From Laetmonice hystrix (lineage: Eukaryota): a DNA stretch of 64,000 nt. The position numbers and the translations under genes were made by a program. Shown here one piece after another: positions 11,601 through 26,600 of the stretch. Each line of letters starts with the position of its first letter. Positions within the stretch are counted from its first letter, which is position 1. The stretch covers positions 20,646,001 through 20,710,000 of the forward strand of contig OZ249436.1 of the NCBI GenBank assembly GCA_965235115.1, read 5' to 3'. The notes under the pieces were generated by a model. That model did no database searches, had not been told where the DNA came from, and was given only the letters and a program-made list of their open reading frames with translations.

Positions 11601-14600
11601 GTCGCGGATCCAGGGGAAAACGGTTGAGTACACGTACCTTACTAATTACCCCCTAACCCTTTAAATGCATGCATGGGGGCTCCCTACACTCCCTGGACTA
11701 CCTCAGTTAGGCTCTGACCCTGCCCCACCGTACATGCTGGGAGGGGTCCACCAGATATCCCAAACTCAAACCATTACATGAAGGAAGGAGGGAGATTACT
11801 GGACTTGGCCGCTCGTGCCTAAACACAGAATTTATTTTGTGGAGCCGATGACAAAATTCATGCTATGCAAAAATAGTATTGTGTAAAATGTATGATAATT
11901 ATAGGCTTTGTCATCATGTACACTTGTTTACGTCCAAACACGCAATACTACAGTTGGCTATAGCTAGCATGCCATTCGAGCTAACCCTTAGGTTTCTGAC
12001 CAATGCACTAAACAAATACTAAACCTACTCCTTCTCCCGATGACGTATGGAGTTTTGTGTGGTGTATATTAATGTCGATACGAAGTTGTTGTACATAAGG
12101 ACATCCGTCGAAGTTAAAGAAAGGGTTTTTTTTAAAATACGCAAGCCAACACCACTGTGGTGTATGCGTACGTGAACGACATGCCAAACAGTTGTAAACC
12201 GCTTACCATCGGACCAGGAACACCCTATATAATAATAATAAAAAAAAACATGTCCAAACTTTCCATTTATAGATACACCATAGTACTTCTGTGAGGCTGT
12301 CGTAACCAGTATAACTAAAGTTACACAATCAACTAATCGTAAAAGGCTCATACATTTTTTCACGGATTTCTATCAGGAACATACAACACCAATGAGGCTA
12401 GCAGAAAGTTCAGTTATGCTAACGTGCCAGGTTTCCCGTCATATAGGCCTACGGGAGACTCACACAATTAAGTTTTCTTTCAAGTTTTCCCACCATTGTC
12501 CATAAAACTCCTGCTCTCTGACAGACTGGTTTTCCTTCACGTCCACCTTTAAATACGTTTACTTTTCTGCCCTCTGAGTGACACACAAACCAACCCTGAA
12601 ATCTTTAACCCAAAGAAACCTACTCTATGCAAATGTCAAAATGCATCATTATTTTGACGGGTTTTTCCGTGATGTTGTGAGTTGGGTTGTTTTACTCACC
12701 ATGGGGCCGTGCTCGCCCGAGATCCCACCCGGTCCCATCTCTCCCTTCTGTCCCGTTGGTCCTGGCGGCCCCTGTCAGAAAGTCACCACTCCGTGTCAGT
12801 TTGAAACCACCAAGTATAACATTCACACCTTCTATGTGAATCCTAACGCTCACCTGAGGTAGATTAACTTAGCCCAATCCCCTGACGTCAGGTGTATTTA
12901 ATAGATAATCTGACAGTGATCTGGACTCAGACGTCGGGCCCTTACTTCCGGTTATAAGAACGACATGCGTGCTTATTAACTTATCAACTCAAACTTATTA
13001 AAATTAGCTCTCATACACGTGTCCACTAACATTGGCAGCTCAATGTGTAAATATCAATGTTTTCTGTCTAGATAATACATTTCATTATATCTTTTGTTAG
13101 TGATTAAGTGAAGCTGTGTATTTTTAAGTATTGAAATATTAAACTAGAGTAGCTCTTTCAATAATGAGTCGTAAAAGAATACAAAAGTAATAGGTGCTTG
13201 TCGGGAGCAAAGCTTTGTCTCTGCCATGTTTTCCAGTCGTTCAAATAATCTGCAAAAGTCTTAGAAATGATAACATGCTTTGCGCCCGTGTTCTGTGTGC
13301 TGCATAATGCAGAGCTATGCATCATGAGGTTAGTTGCTATACTAATAATGTAAGGACCTGTCTCATCAGTCTTCTTACATGTCTCCAAATCTGTAGTCTA
13401 TAAAGATTGCGCAAGGTGTGTCCATCTATTATGTATTATGGGACACATACATCTATTTCCATGTAAATGGCGTTAATTTTGCTATTATCAGTTTCGCATT
13501 ACGACACTGATGAAACAGGCCTCAGACACTTATAATTATTTAGCATTAAGTTACTTAATTGGTATAGCCATTCACCCTCTCCTTATACCAACAGGTCAAA
13601 ACTACAATATACACTATAACTTTAAAAAATTACACCATTTTCAAAATTACATATTTAAAAAATAATTTTTAAAAAACTTCAACAATGATAAACTATCCAA
13701 TGACCTGCCCAAAAATGGTTAAAATAGAAACAATACAATTGTCATCGTCACCGCTGAAAACATTCAAACTAAAAAAAAATCCATGGACTTGTTTGCCAGT
13801 CCGAAAAATGTCTTCCTTGCCGAAATTGTCGCGGCAAAGTGTCCCGGTCGGTGGGATATGAGGATGGGGGAGGGAACTGGGGGATATGGAAGCTCTGGGC
13901 ACTCCTTACACTCTCGACGAGGTATACTTACGGGCGGTCCAGAGGGCCCTTGTACACTTGGTCCCGGTTTGCCGACCAACCCTGTGGCTCCCTACACGAC
14001 ACGACAGACAGCAGTGCAACAGCATTGTCAGGTAAAGCAGCAAGCCGAGGACAATATTAACGTGGAGGTGCTGCCCGATGGCGGGCCTCGTGCTAAAGTG
14101 TTGCGGTGCAAGGGAGCCCGCTTTGGGTACTCGCGGTGCACTGCCCACTCCACACACTGTGCAAGAGAACATTCTAACGGTGCAAAATGGTGCGTCTCAA
14201 AATGAAACTCGGCTGGGGGTCATCAAACTTCTGTTATGTTAGGACAAGGTGGAATGGACCCGTGGCTTCCACACGAGACTTACACGTTACAGTACATTGT
14301 TCTGATTGGTAAATCCTACGTTGATAATTTTATCAGTACTTGCACGGCCTACTCGTCATGCATTATTATTTGGAAGCATCTCAGCCATCTATGAGGAGTA
14401 TCTGCCTCTATACCGACTACCTATGATATTATCTTATCATCGGGAGGGGTTGGTATTACAATACGGGATATCATAGCCGATTCTAACTCTGCTCAACTTC
14501 TATAATAAACAAAGGGGTAAGGGCAGATATCAGACGAAAACCCCACAATCATACTTCTATATAATACTGATAGTATAAATGTGGTACATGGAGTCCTATT

Positions 14601-17600
14601 TAAATAAATATTTCTAGAAAAGGGAACTTCAAGAGAGGTGCATCTCCTGATCTTAGAGCATCTTCAATGCCATTACATTACGGAGCCGAACATAAGATTG
14701 ATTTAAAGTTTGTGGGGACGGAGCATTAGATCGACCCTCATATAGCAGTACATATATAATGGCCCTATGCAACCAAACGCTGGAGCAGGGGTGTCAGAAC
14801 AAAGGGGGCAGGGGGCCATGGCCCTCAATATTACAGGTCGGGGCCAGAACATAATCATTTAGACCCCCAAAACTGACTTGGATGGATACCATGCCCCCCA
14901 AATTAGAATATCTCCCGACGTGTGACTGTAGAATCCTCCGTATTTTCTGGATTTGGTATTTGATATGGCTGAAACTTACTGAAGACAACGTTCCATTGCC
15001 TAATTTATTTACTGCACAGCAAGATTTCTAAGGCTACAGTATACTAAAATACGGCCATTCCACATTACAATCGACTAATAGGCCTATAAGAGTTCTTCAT
15101 GGCATACTGTATGTGCATGCGTTGTGACTGAACTTCTGCCTTGATCCAGCAGTGGGCCGAAACAGCCACCCTGTCTGAGTTACTGGCTTGTGCACCACAC
15201 CACGACAAACCATGTGACGTTATGATAAAACAGAGAAACCGAGAAACCAACCTTCTGCCATCGAATCGGGATAATTTCTCCAATAGTGTTAATCTCAGGA
15301 ATCCTGCTCTCATTCCGCCTGTATTCCCATACTATTTCCCGTGTATCACATGGTCTCATTCCGCCTGTATTCCCATACTATTTCCCGTGTATCATATTGT
15401 TCTCATTCCGCCTGTATTCCCATACTATTTCCCGTGTATCATATTGTTCTCATTCCGCCTGTATTCCCATACTATTTCCCGTGTATCATAATGTTTCTCA
15501 TTCCGCCTGTATTCCCATACTATTTCCCGTGTATCATATTGTTCTCATTCCGCCTGTATTCCCATACTATTTCCCGTGTATCATATTGTTCTCATTCCGC
15601 CTGTATTCCCATACTATTTCCCATGTATCGTATTGTTCTCATTCCGCCTGTATTCCCATACTATTTCCCATGTATCGTATTGTTCTCATTCCGCCTGTAT
15701 TCCCATACTATTTCCCGTGTATCGTATTGTTCTCATTCCGCCTGTATTCCCATACTATTTCCCGTGTATCATATTGTTCTCATTCCGCCTGTATTCCCAT
15801 ACTATTTCCCGTGTATCATATTGTTCTCATTCCGCCTGTATTCCCATACTATTTCCCGTGTATCATATTGTTCTCATTCCGCCTGTATTCCCATACTATT
15901 TCCCTTGTATCATGTTGTTCTCATTCCGCCTGCATTCCCATACTATTTCCCGTGTATCATAATATTGTTCTCATTCCGCCTGTATTCCCATACTATTTCC
16001 CGTGTATCATATTGTTCTCATTCCGCCTGTATTCCCATACTATTTCCCTTGTATCATATTGTTCTCATTCCGCCTGTATTCCCATACTATTTCCCGTGTA
16101 TCATATTGTTCTCATTCCGCCTGTATTCCCATACTATTTCCCATGTATCGTATTGTTCTCATTCCGCCTGTATTCCCATACTATTTCCCGTGTATCATAT
16201 TGTTCTCATTCCGCCTGTATTCCCCTATTTCCCATGTATCATACTGTTCTCATTCCGCCTGTATTCCCCTATTTCCCGTGTATCATATTGTTCTCATTCC
16301 GCCTGTATTCCCCTATTTCCCGTGTATCATATTGTTCTCATTCCGCCTGTATTCCCATACTATTTCCCATGTATCATATTGTTCTCATTCCGCCTGTATT
16401 CCCATACTATTTCCCGTGTATCATATTGTTCTCATTCCGCCTGTATTCCCGCACTATTTCCCATGTATCGTATTGTTCTCATTCCGCCTGTATTCCCATA
16501 CTATTTCCCGTGTATCATATTGTGTTTCTTAGCGCCAGTGTAAGATATTTCCCCTTCGATCCTTCTAGATGCCAGCAATCTTTAATTGTAATGTCTTATG
16601 TGTGAAATGGCCAGAAAGATGGTTTGCTTCTCAGAAATAAAATGTGGTGCAAGATGAAGTAAAACTTGATGCAACGTTTATACCGACACTTACTCCTCTA
16701 TTACTGCCTAACAGGGGGCTTCGTTTGTTGTGGTTTACATGATAATATATGACGTCAGAATCCTTGGGTAGAGGGTAGGACACGGGTCGATAGGTCATGC
16801 AGATATGAAACGACCAACTTACGGGAAGACCCATAGGGCCCTGGTCACCCTTTCCACCGAGTTCTCCCTATGTAAACAACAGTGACGGTTAGTGATCGCC
16901 TGGCTGACGAACGAACTTCCCAACTGTCTTTATATTCATTGTACAAATTACTTTACAGATGTGGCTTCTTTTGTTTTGGCAGAGAAATATGAATGGCAAT
17001 AGAGTAAAGGAATGCAGACTGCAAGTTTTGGCGTCCTGACTGATTCGTACTGTGATTTCATCGACATTTCTTCTCGTCTAACGTGAGATATTTAATAAAG
17101 ATATGAAGAAGGGCTGCCTTACCGATTCTCCCTTCTCCCCTTGATAACCTCTCTCTCCCTGGTATGGTGGTATGTACATGGTATGAAAGTATGAATGACA
17201 TGTTAGTGTAACCAGCCTGTCCCCTGGGTGCTGCGTGCATTATCATATTGACACCAACAACCATACAGCGATAACTATACCCAAGACCATTGTACTACTA
17301 GGCAGCTAGTGTTGTGAGAGCGCCCACCACCAAGAGTATCATTTACTGCCTCGAAATCTTACTCTTTTGACGAACTTCTTCATTTTGTTGACAACCTCTT
17401 CACATATGATACTGGACACATTGGTAGGACACTCTACCTGTAACCACAGTATTGTCAACCAGTTTTACATGACGGGGATAGTTACATGGAAAACATAATA
17501 AACATTATTAACCTTGATGCCTGGTGGTCCCTGCAATCCCATCGGACCCTAACAACGAAAAGTAACCACATTTATTACAAGTGAAGCCACTCATTGAAGA

Positions 17601-20600
17601 TCGAACATAGAGTAGTCCTTGGCAAACAATGTGATACAGGGTTCCCAGCGTTTTGTGAAAATCAAATTCCCCGAGTTATCCCTGGGACTTCCCTGAGAAA
17701 TTTCCAAAACTCCATGAGAAATATTTTGTGTTTTATAGCCGACTATAATGGTCTGGAGAGGTACATTCTTCACACTGTATGGCCACTAAAAGCCACTACA
17801 TGTGTATACAAATTAGTCAATGGATACAACTTACAACACAATAAAGATGCACACACCACATTGAATTAACTGATGAAAACCCTACCCTTCTGGGGCACTG
17901 TCAAATTCCCTGAGTTTTCCCTGATTTTTTTATGTTTTCACTGACTGGAAAAATGGAACGTCACTTTCAAGGTTTTCCCTGATTTCCAGCGTGGCTGGGA
18001 ACCCTGTCTAAGGAATCGCGTGAATAATTCATCGTGACTGGGATCCAATAGTTTTTAACATGCAACATTTTGATTGGGGAAATTGAAAAGAGCACACAGT
18101 CTTATTGAGCAGAGTTGCGTCAATTCAATCAGTGAACAAAGCATGCCGACAAAACGCCCTGAAACAACGGTCATCGGGTTATACCATTACAAGGGGAAGG
18201 TTTGGTAACCTTCGTGAAATATCTACTACAGCTACCATTTCGTGTCTATCTGTGGTCAATGTACCGTGAAGAATGGCGATTGTTACCACTAACAATCTAC
18301 ATAATACAGCTAGGTTCTGTAAGGGATGGTAATCTCACTCCTCATCAATGTTCCGTATGGAGGGCGCTGTCGGACAGTTTCATGCTTATTGTTAGGGATA
18401 CAGTGTGCCTATAACAGATGGACAGAAGGAAGGGGGTACAATGAGCACATTTTGGGATCCATGCCTGCCCTTACCATGAGCCCTGGAGACCCTGGAGGGC
18501 CTGGTATCTGGAACAAACGAACATTCACTCATACCCACCACACCAACACCAACACCGTATTTGGTCATACAGGATAGAATGGTCCTGCTACTGTTCACCA
18601 TAGACAGTACCATATTTATTCATACAGAATGGGTTCTTGCTATCCTTTATACATGTACTTAGAACAAAGACCATGATATTGCATCATATACTTGTCTACA
18701 TGGTTGCTATATGTCCTCACTTTAATGTGAATTATTTAAATAAATCGTCCTTAGTGTAATCTTAACAAATTCTGCCTCACTAAAGCTGTGTACCAGAGTA
18801 ATGGCCAATAACATAATGATCGTGATAATAATTGGTCTTTTAGGTATATATCGTGAAATATATCCCTGTTACAACAACTCGTATCGTACAGTATGTCTTC
18901 ACACTCACCCCGTCACCGCTGCCACCCTCCAAAACTCCTGGCTCACCCTGCAAGTGATAACACAATATCAAACACAATATCAAACGGACTCGTAAACTTC
19001 AAACAAATATAAATCGGTTTAACAAAAGTCTTTTTCGGACGCGAGTCTTAAGAAGATTTGAAACGCAACCAGCCTGACGTGGTTACAACGTTGTGGATTA
19101 TCAAAGTAAAGCACTCTCCACTACACCTAACATTGGTACGAGTCAATACGGCAGATCGACCAGGTTTCTGATAGTGAGAAGTCGGTAGAATGGTTGAGAT
19201 CACACTACAATCCACGTGTCTACCGACCATTTTGTCGTTTACCGCGTACCTTCCAAGAGGTCTAGAGAAAGCTTGCGATATATTCATTTCAGTTCTGCTG
19301 GAAAGCCTCCTGAACTCTGGCGCATATAAAAATCCATGGCCTCTTTTCTACATCTTTTGTAAAATACACAAATGAAACCAAATGAAATTCAGCAAAGTCC
19401 TGAGACCATTAGTTATAAGATCCCATGTATTATCTGTCTGAGCGTGAGAAGGTACTTACCGGTGGACCTGGTAGACCTGGAGGTCCTATCTTACCGTCCC
19501 TGCCTGATGATCCTGCGTCACCGACCATACCCTTAGCACCATGTGGTCCCTGCTCACAAACACCAAGCTATGTTAGAGCCCTCAACCACCAACCACCACA
19601 AGCGGTCAGGTATACACGTGCAATACGAGAGAGCGACATGCTTGCTGTGTGGACTCGCTCAATGATTTTTATTACGATAACCTGACTTTATCAGAAGTCT
19701 ACATCTACAGTAGCTGGTGCGTTTCTCATCTATCGTTATCCTGTCGTGCGTTAAAATCCCCATTGAAAATGCATTGGAGTTAACGGTACGACAAGCTGAC
19801 GACATGATGAGGAACGCCCCCTAAGTCCTAAGTGTATTGACATGCATAATTTACAGCTCCGAGTTTGAGTTGGTTAATTATCATGGTCTGTAGCTCATGG
19901 GCCCGGTTTTTAAAAGCAAGTTTGAGCAGTATCTCAAGCTTGCAATGCGAGCACGCAGAAAATATAAACTTGCAAAGGTCTCTCCAAAAGTATGCGACTA
20001 TTGAATAACACACATTAGCCCTACTGACCCTACAAGGTTATAGTCAAGATACCAACCTAATTCTTATCAACAGACAGTCTCTTCCGTTGATGGCAAGGGA
20101 CTTGTTCCCAACATATCAAATGGAAAATCAAACTTGTAAACATTTTCACAGTCAGTTGTGGCAGGCTGTGGCAAGTCTATATTTTCAGCGTGTAGGCTCG
20201 AGGTACTGCTTGAGCTTCCTTTTAAAAACTGGGCCCTGATCAGGTGTGTTAATCGAAGAGTATTAATACCGCATGAAAAAGAAACTAGACCGGGATTATT
20301 CTGGTAAGTAGAGGGGATTAAAGATGGAATTATCCAGCCATGGGCGGAATTCGATCAACTACCATCATCTGATGCATTAGGTATAAAACCCGAACTGCTA
20401 AAGTAAAGTTTCAATATGGTATGCAATAATTGTCAATATCATGCAAACCGCGCCAGGATGGCCGAAACAGCGGTAAAATCCGTGGAAACCACATACACAA
20501 CATTCCCAAATTCTTAATAACTCTACTTTACTTGACATCAAGAGTATATTCTATCTCATGTATAGGAACGGGGTTGCCCTACTCTTGCTATACTGTGATG

Positions 20601-23600
20601 ACGGTCCTATCATCCAATAGACTAAGAATGTAACCTCTTACATCGTGCTGTGGTACTTGAATAAACTAGGAGGTTCGATCCAAGGTCCGATCCTCGTAAC
20701 TATAAAGATTTCATGAAAACACCTCATCATGGAAAGCTAAGTGATCACAGCATGCGGACACAGTGACGGCCAGGAGGCACACGTTGGAGGGACACATGCC
20801 ATGATTGAAGCATGCTGTCACTCACAGGAGGACCGGGAGGACCAGAGTCGCCGTGTAGACCGTCCAGACCGGGCAGGCCGGGAGGACCTTGGTCACCCTG
20901 GATACACCAAACATATAACTCGTATCGTTAACCGTCCCCACGGCATTCACATAACGATACTTTATCTACGACTCTACTCTCATAAAACGATCTTAGTATC
21001 CGAGTGGGAATATAGTCTAGTCGAACCAAGACAGAATTTATCATCCTAAGTCAACATAATCGATTCGCATGTGTCAAAGTCATGCTGATAGAAGCACGGT
21101 GTACCTGAGGTCCTGGAAGTCCGAGGTCACCCATCTCCCCCTTGGGACCCAAGGGACCGTGTGGACCCATGTCTCCTTTCTGTCCTTCAATACCCTGCAG
21201 CCCATCCAGACCCTACACCCGACATACAAACACAATGTTATACAGGACCCCCGACATACAAACACAATGTTATACAGCAAGCTCAGACAGATTCTGCAGC
21301 GTATGACGTCATCATCAGTGAGCTACGTCACAACCACCACCACCATGGTTACGATTCCAAACGTCACATGTTACGAAGCCACCGTCACCAACTAGAACCG
21401 CGATGTTTACTTTCTAACACTCACCTCTATTTCAAACCGAGATTGGCTGTATCGTATCGGTGGCCTGGTTTATAATTGATTACTACCCGTACTATAATAA
21501 TGAGGCATCAGGTGTTCTGAGGCAGCCTGATACTTGTGTTACCTTCTTTCCTCGTCGGCCCCGGTCACCTTTCTCTCCTTTCACACCTGGGGTTCCGGGA
21601 AGTCCAACTTCTCCCTGTAAGTAAGGCGTCCTTCAATAACATCTTCTTCTTCTTACATATATAACGGAAAACTTCCAAGTCTACACGAATCATTCTGCCT
21701 AATGATTAGACAAACACATGCCATTACTTGGTTTAATAAGTGTCATACAATTGGTACCAGAACATGCAGTTTGATTTTGTTGGCATAGCATCGGAGACAA
21801 GCATTCGGGAAGCACAATCTATGGTTTAGCATGAGGTTATTCAATGAAGGTAAAGAAGAGACTATATACAAGGACTGGAATCTACTCTATTCAGTAAACA
21901 GTAGAGTCCGGAGCACAATGCATAAAGAGTATGAGTAGGACTGTGTCACTGTGAAGCTGTTGGCTGTGACGGCAGCAGGTCCCTCGTCTCTCAACGTTAC
22001 CACGCAACCAGAGGGCCTTCATTGTAAACATATTCTTCCAACCATCCCGTCTCACATCTATACACACATTTTGTTTGTCATTACAGTTTTTGCCATCTTT
22101 ACCTCAGGAAATGTACGTAAGTAGCCCCATACACCTACACCACAAGACTTCTACACATTACATTATAATTAGATCCCTAAATCGCCTTTTAGTTCCTGCA
22201 GTGTACAAATACTCAATGATAAAGTGGAGTTCGGGTTTGCCCTCCGATGAGAGAACAACGCAAAGTGTCCTGAAAGGCTTGTATTACACGACCACTGTGT
22301 TACAAGTAGGCAGACGTATTTAAAGAGGACTTGTATGGGTACAATCATAGTGTATACTGTGTGCGGTGAGAAAGCCTGATGAACAACCACCCTGCACCCA
22401 AAGCATGGACTGATTGACGACCGCGTCTAACCTCCTCCTTCTCCTCCTGCTCCAGCCTCGGGCTATCAGCCATCAGCGTGTCGAGCAGTGGCCGCGGCGA
22501 CTGCTCGAGGGAGGCGTCCAAATTTAACACATCTTTAATGTCGATGGCACCGGGCAGTTTCGCGAAATCTATGACGTCATCATCGTCGTCGACGTCGCCC
22601 TCGCCGAGCTCAGCTCGTCGCTCGTCGTGCACTCGCTGGCGTCGGTCGCGCAGGTGCAGCAGGCGCCGGATATGACGTCGGGACAGGAGGCGCACCACTT
22701 GAACGCGACAAGTCTTTGTGCGTTTCTAGTGGAAAGGGATTCAAGATACCTTCGCAGTTTAGACACACTCCACTCATGGGGCAAGTTAAATGGGCCCCAT
22801 TTGTTAATAATCAATCCAGGCTACTTCCTAATGTTTTAGTGGGGGTCAAACACGTTTGTTATTGGATAATTCTTTACAATCCATGACATCAACCTGCCCT
22901 GCTAAATGAAACAGATAATAACATGACCACACTGAATCTATGGCAGGAGGAATTGGTAAAAATCCGCGGATCCAAACAAACCCATTTTCATGCAGACCCA
23001 AATACACACTTTCGATAACCATGCGGTGGTTGCAAACATATTGTGGCCACTGCATGATAAAACATCGGGGTTAATTTGACGGTTTACGTCTACAAACTGA
23101 TATACCGCCCTGACATACCGTGGCGGCCCATGAATTGCTGCAGTCACAACCAACAGTTCACAACAGATCTAGAAGTATAAACTCCCACTTGGTTAGCTCA
23201 ATCTAGATTGCTAGGTAGAAGTAAGCAAGCTATGTTAACTTTACAAAGTGAGAAAGGAATGGAGAAAAGAGTGAAAAAGAGAGTTGGACGAAGGAAATGA
23301 AAAAAATGAGAGCAGATATAGATACAACCAGATAAACCGAGGTACCGAGTGCAAGCTATTCCCAGACCTTTAAGCTGCAGTCACAACGGCTGCATTGGTT
23401 GAAAGCTAGGGATGCAACTTAAAAAGCAAGTTAGAAGAAAAAATAAAAATAGAACACTCTATACTGGATTGTGTTGAAATGAAACTTTTTCAAAAAGGGA
23501 ACTGGCATTGCAATTTCACATTCCGTGTTAAAAAAATAAAAAGGCCAAAATTATTTTCTATTCCTGAATACGAATTTACCTGAATATCTCACAAGACACT

Positions 23601-26600
23601 CGGTGTATGCCGTCAACATGGCACTGTAATCGCCGAGTTACGCTGAGACAAAGCAGATAAACAGTGCACTGTGGAGCAGGAAGGAAGACGTATAGCTTGG
23701 CAAGAAGGCTGGCTATACGAGAACTCTCAGACTGCAAGAACACCTCATTATTGGAAGCCTTTCCAGCTGTTGTGACTGCAGCAAGACCTGGATCAGTCCA
23801 TGGTATAATCATGCGGCCAATCAATTTATGACATGCAATTTGCTAAGATGCCATTCTCGTTAATGAGTGAAAATATACGGGTATGGGCTGTCATGCTAGA
23901 TAGTCTGTTTTATATCATGATATATCATGAGCGTTTCTTCAAACATCCTGTCTTGACTTGGATACGACACCCTTACCTAAAAATTCTGTTTGCCACCATG
24001 TCCTGTGATTTGTTGGCAGACTCCCAGAGAGATTTCCCGTTCAATTACCGGTACCCGGCCCACTCCCGCCCTCCCCTACCTAACCCACACCGACTGCCTG
24101 GCTGTCGGTGGTTTGAGGTATTTCTCGCTCTGACCTTCTTTCCGGGCGGTCCTGGAGGTCCTGGTGGGCCCGGCGGACCCTGGATGAAGCCCTCCGGGAA
24201 GCTATCCCCATTCACGGTTGCATGGCCAATTTCACCCTTCGCGCCCTGTTCACCCTGAAACACCACCAAAATCACCCCTGTTAGTCTCTAGCCGAACGAA
24301 ATCCATTTGAATGGGTACCAACCGACTACCACCCATTCACATGGATTCCTCCATGAAGAAATGCCGTCACGCAGTCCAGACAACAGTCAAGACCCAACCA
24401 AACGTGAAAGGAAAAAGTCAACGTAAGTGAGTGACATATGGCGATATGTCACTGATCCTGCGTTTCTGCTCGGGATGCACTTGGACATCAATGAGCTGGG
24501 GCCACTATCAGAACTTGCGGCAAGGCTTGAAGCATTGACATACATTTCCATTCGCTGTAATATAAAGTTGGACAGTGTCTGATGTATGTCCACTGAAAGG
24601 TCACTCCCACTGAAAACCACTGCGGAAATGTATGTCCATGTTTACAAACCGAAGGGTAGACCAGAACATGCCCTGCATTTGCTAGAGATGTTTGAAATCC
24701 CTGTGACCCAACTGAATGCTTGTCTCAGAGGGGGTCATCCTAGTCCGAAAATAACATCACAGAAACACAAGGAAACAAACGTAAACCCATGCAGTGGAAA
24801 CGACACGACAAACTCATGCGGCTAGGGAAAGAAGTCTTACTTCACGATTTAGAGTCACATCACCAGTCAATGTTAACTATGCCCAATAAAGACTAAAAGG
24901 GCCAAACATTTATGATAATGACAAACATCTTCCAACTTCGAGATTCCAAGGTGAAGAATGGTATGAAAGAATCTGGAACTTTCTAGGCACTGTTTGGTCG
25001 GTGCTGCACTGATACAGGAGCACCTGAGAAACGGCCACATATAGCATCTCACGTAGGTTCTTTCAACGCTGCCTCTATTTGCCCGGCTCTACGCCTTGCA
25101 AAATATTTGTTTTCTGTTCTTGCCGGTAATCATCGATCTTTTGCATGCCAGAGATAAGAATTTAGTTGAAGATATTGTGTCATTTAGTCACAACGGCAAA
25201 CTTCACACATGTGACAACGTATAAGTAAAAATAGGTACAGTAGTAGTGCCGGCAAACTGAACGTCAAAAGTAATTCAATTCGGGCACCTCAAGCACACAG
25301 ACACACAAAGCGTTGACCCCCCTTGAGCTCGCATTCACACTATAATCATGGAGACAGTGTCAAACTGGAGGTGACCAAGGGCCAGACCCATGTCACGTCG
25401 TTTGGAGAGGGCAATGAATCAGATGTACATCTCAGCAAATGCGTCTTATCGTGGCTTTCTGTATACTGTGATCTCGCAAGTGTGGCTGATACACGGATTC
25501 GGACTCACTGCTTTCCCTGGCAAGCCTGGTTCTCCAGGTAGTCCAGGCAGCCCCTCTGGCCCAGGTTCCCCAACCGTACCCTTTTCCCCTTTTGGTCCCA
25601 TATCACCCTTATTTCCGATATCACCCGTATCTCCCTTTAATCCCGGGAGACCAGGCATTCCAGGTTCGCCATGAAATCCAGGCTTTCCTGGATAACCTGG
25701 GTCACCTTTTGGTCCTGGGTAGCCTGGCTCTCCAGGAAGTCCAGGTTCGGCTGGGGGACCTTGGGGGCCGCCAGAGCCTGTCTTTCCTTGTGTGCCATTT
25801 AGGCCAGGTCTGCCCTGAAAGTGTACAGCTGTAGCTTTAGTACTGACAGTATCAGCACTTCTTTGTCCCTTAAATCAACAGAACATAATCAGTTTTCATA
25901 CTGCAACTACCATCGTTCCTCATGAATTAATTTCTTGTCGATTGTAATACGTACTAATCAGAATGACCCATTATGAAGTGCACTATGACAATTATACTAC
26001 CCCCAGCATATACTAGGACTTTCTCAGAACAAAATGATACAAACAACAACATTATCTCTAAGTACATTGTACCTTGTACAACACATCAGATTCACCATTT
26101 TAGCTTTACTCACCTGAGAAAATGCACTAGATAACTTTATACTTTTTTCAACAGAATTGCCTGGTGAATTAAGCATGTATGTCTCTCCAAATAATCAGAT
26201 ATTGGTGCACTGACTTTCCAGGGAATCATGTTAATGACATTCGGCGGTGTACATTTGAAACCCATCACTGCCCTTGGTAGCAATGTTTACATTGCCAGCG
26301 AGCCTGACGACAGACTACACTCATGGATCCTCATTCCGAGACGATTGGCTGATGTCAATTGGAAAGGTTAGAACGGCACACAGGAAATTGGATTGTTACA
26401 GGGCGAAATATTGGCAGGAAAACCCAGATTGTCCGCATACACAATCAGAGAGGTACTGGGTGAGGTGGTCAACGGATCTCACGCTGACCCCAACCTGGAG
26501 GTCAGTCGTTAGGGTCAAGTCGGAGAGGACCGAAGTGGGTAAGTGGCGACACCTATCAACAAACCAAGACACGAGGGTGGATGTCATGAGGGGGGAGGGG

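Noticed and set aside
15286-16605. 439-aa, 400-aa and related ORFs
   Set aside because: Produced by the 47-bp minisatellite cycling through stop-free frames; no splice or protein evidence.
24387-24560. Open frame with a good acceptor between the 306-nt and 120-nt exons
   Set aside because: No convincing donor and no compositional signal of coding sequence.
25390-25834. Plus-strand PG-rich ORFs over collagen exons (also near 24.2, 29.9, 34.2 and 19.5 kb)
   Set aside because: Antisense shadows of the minus-strand Gly-X-Y exons.
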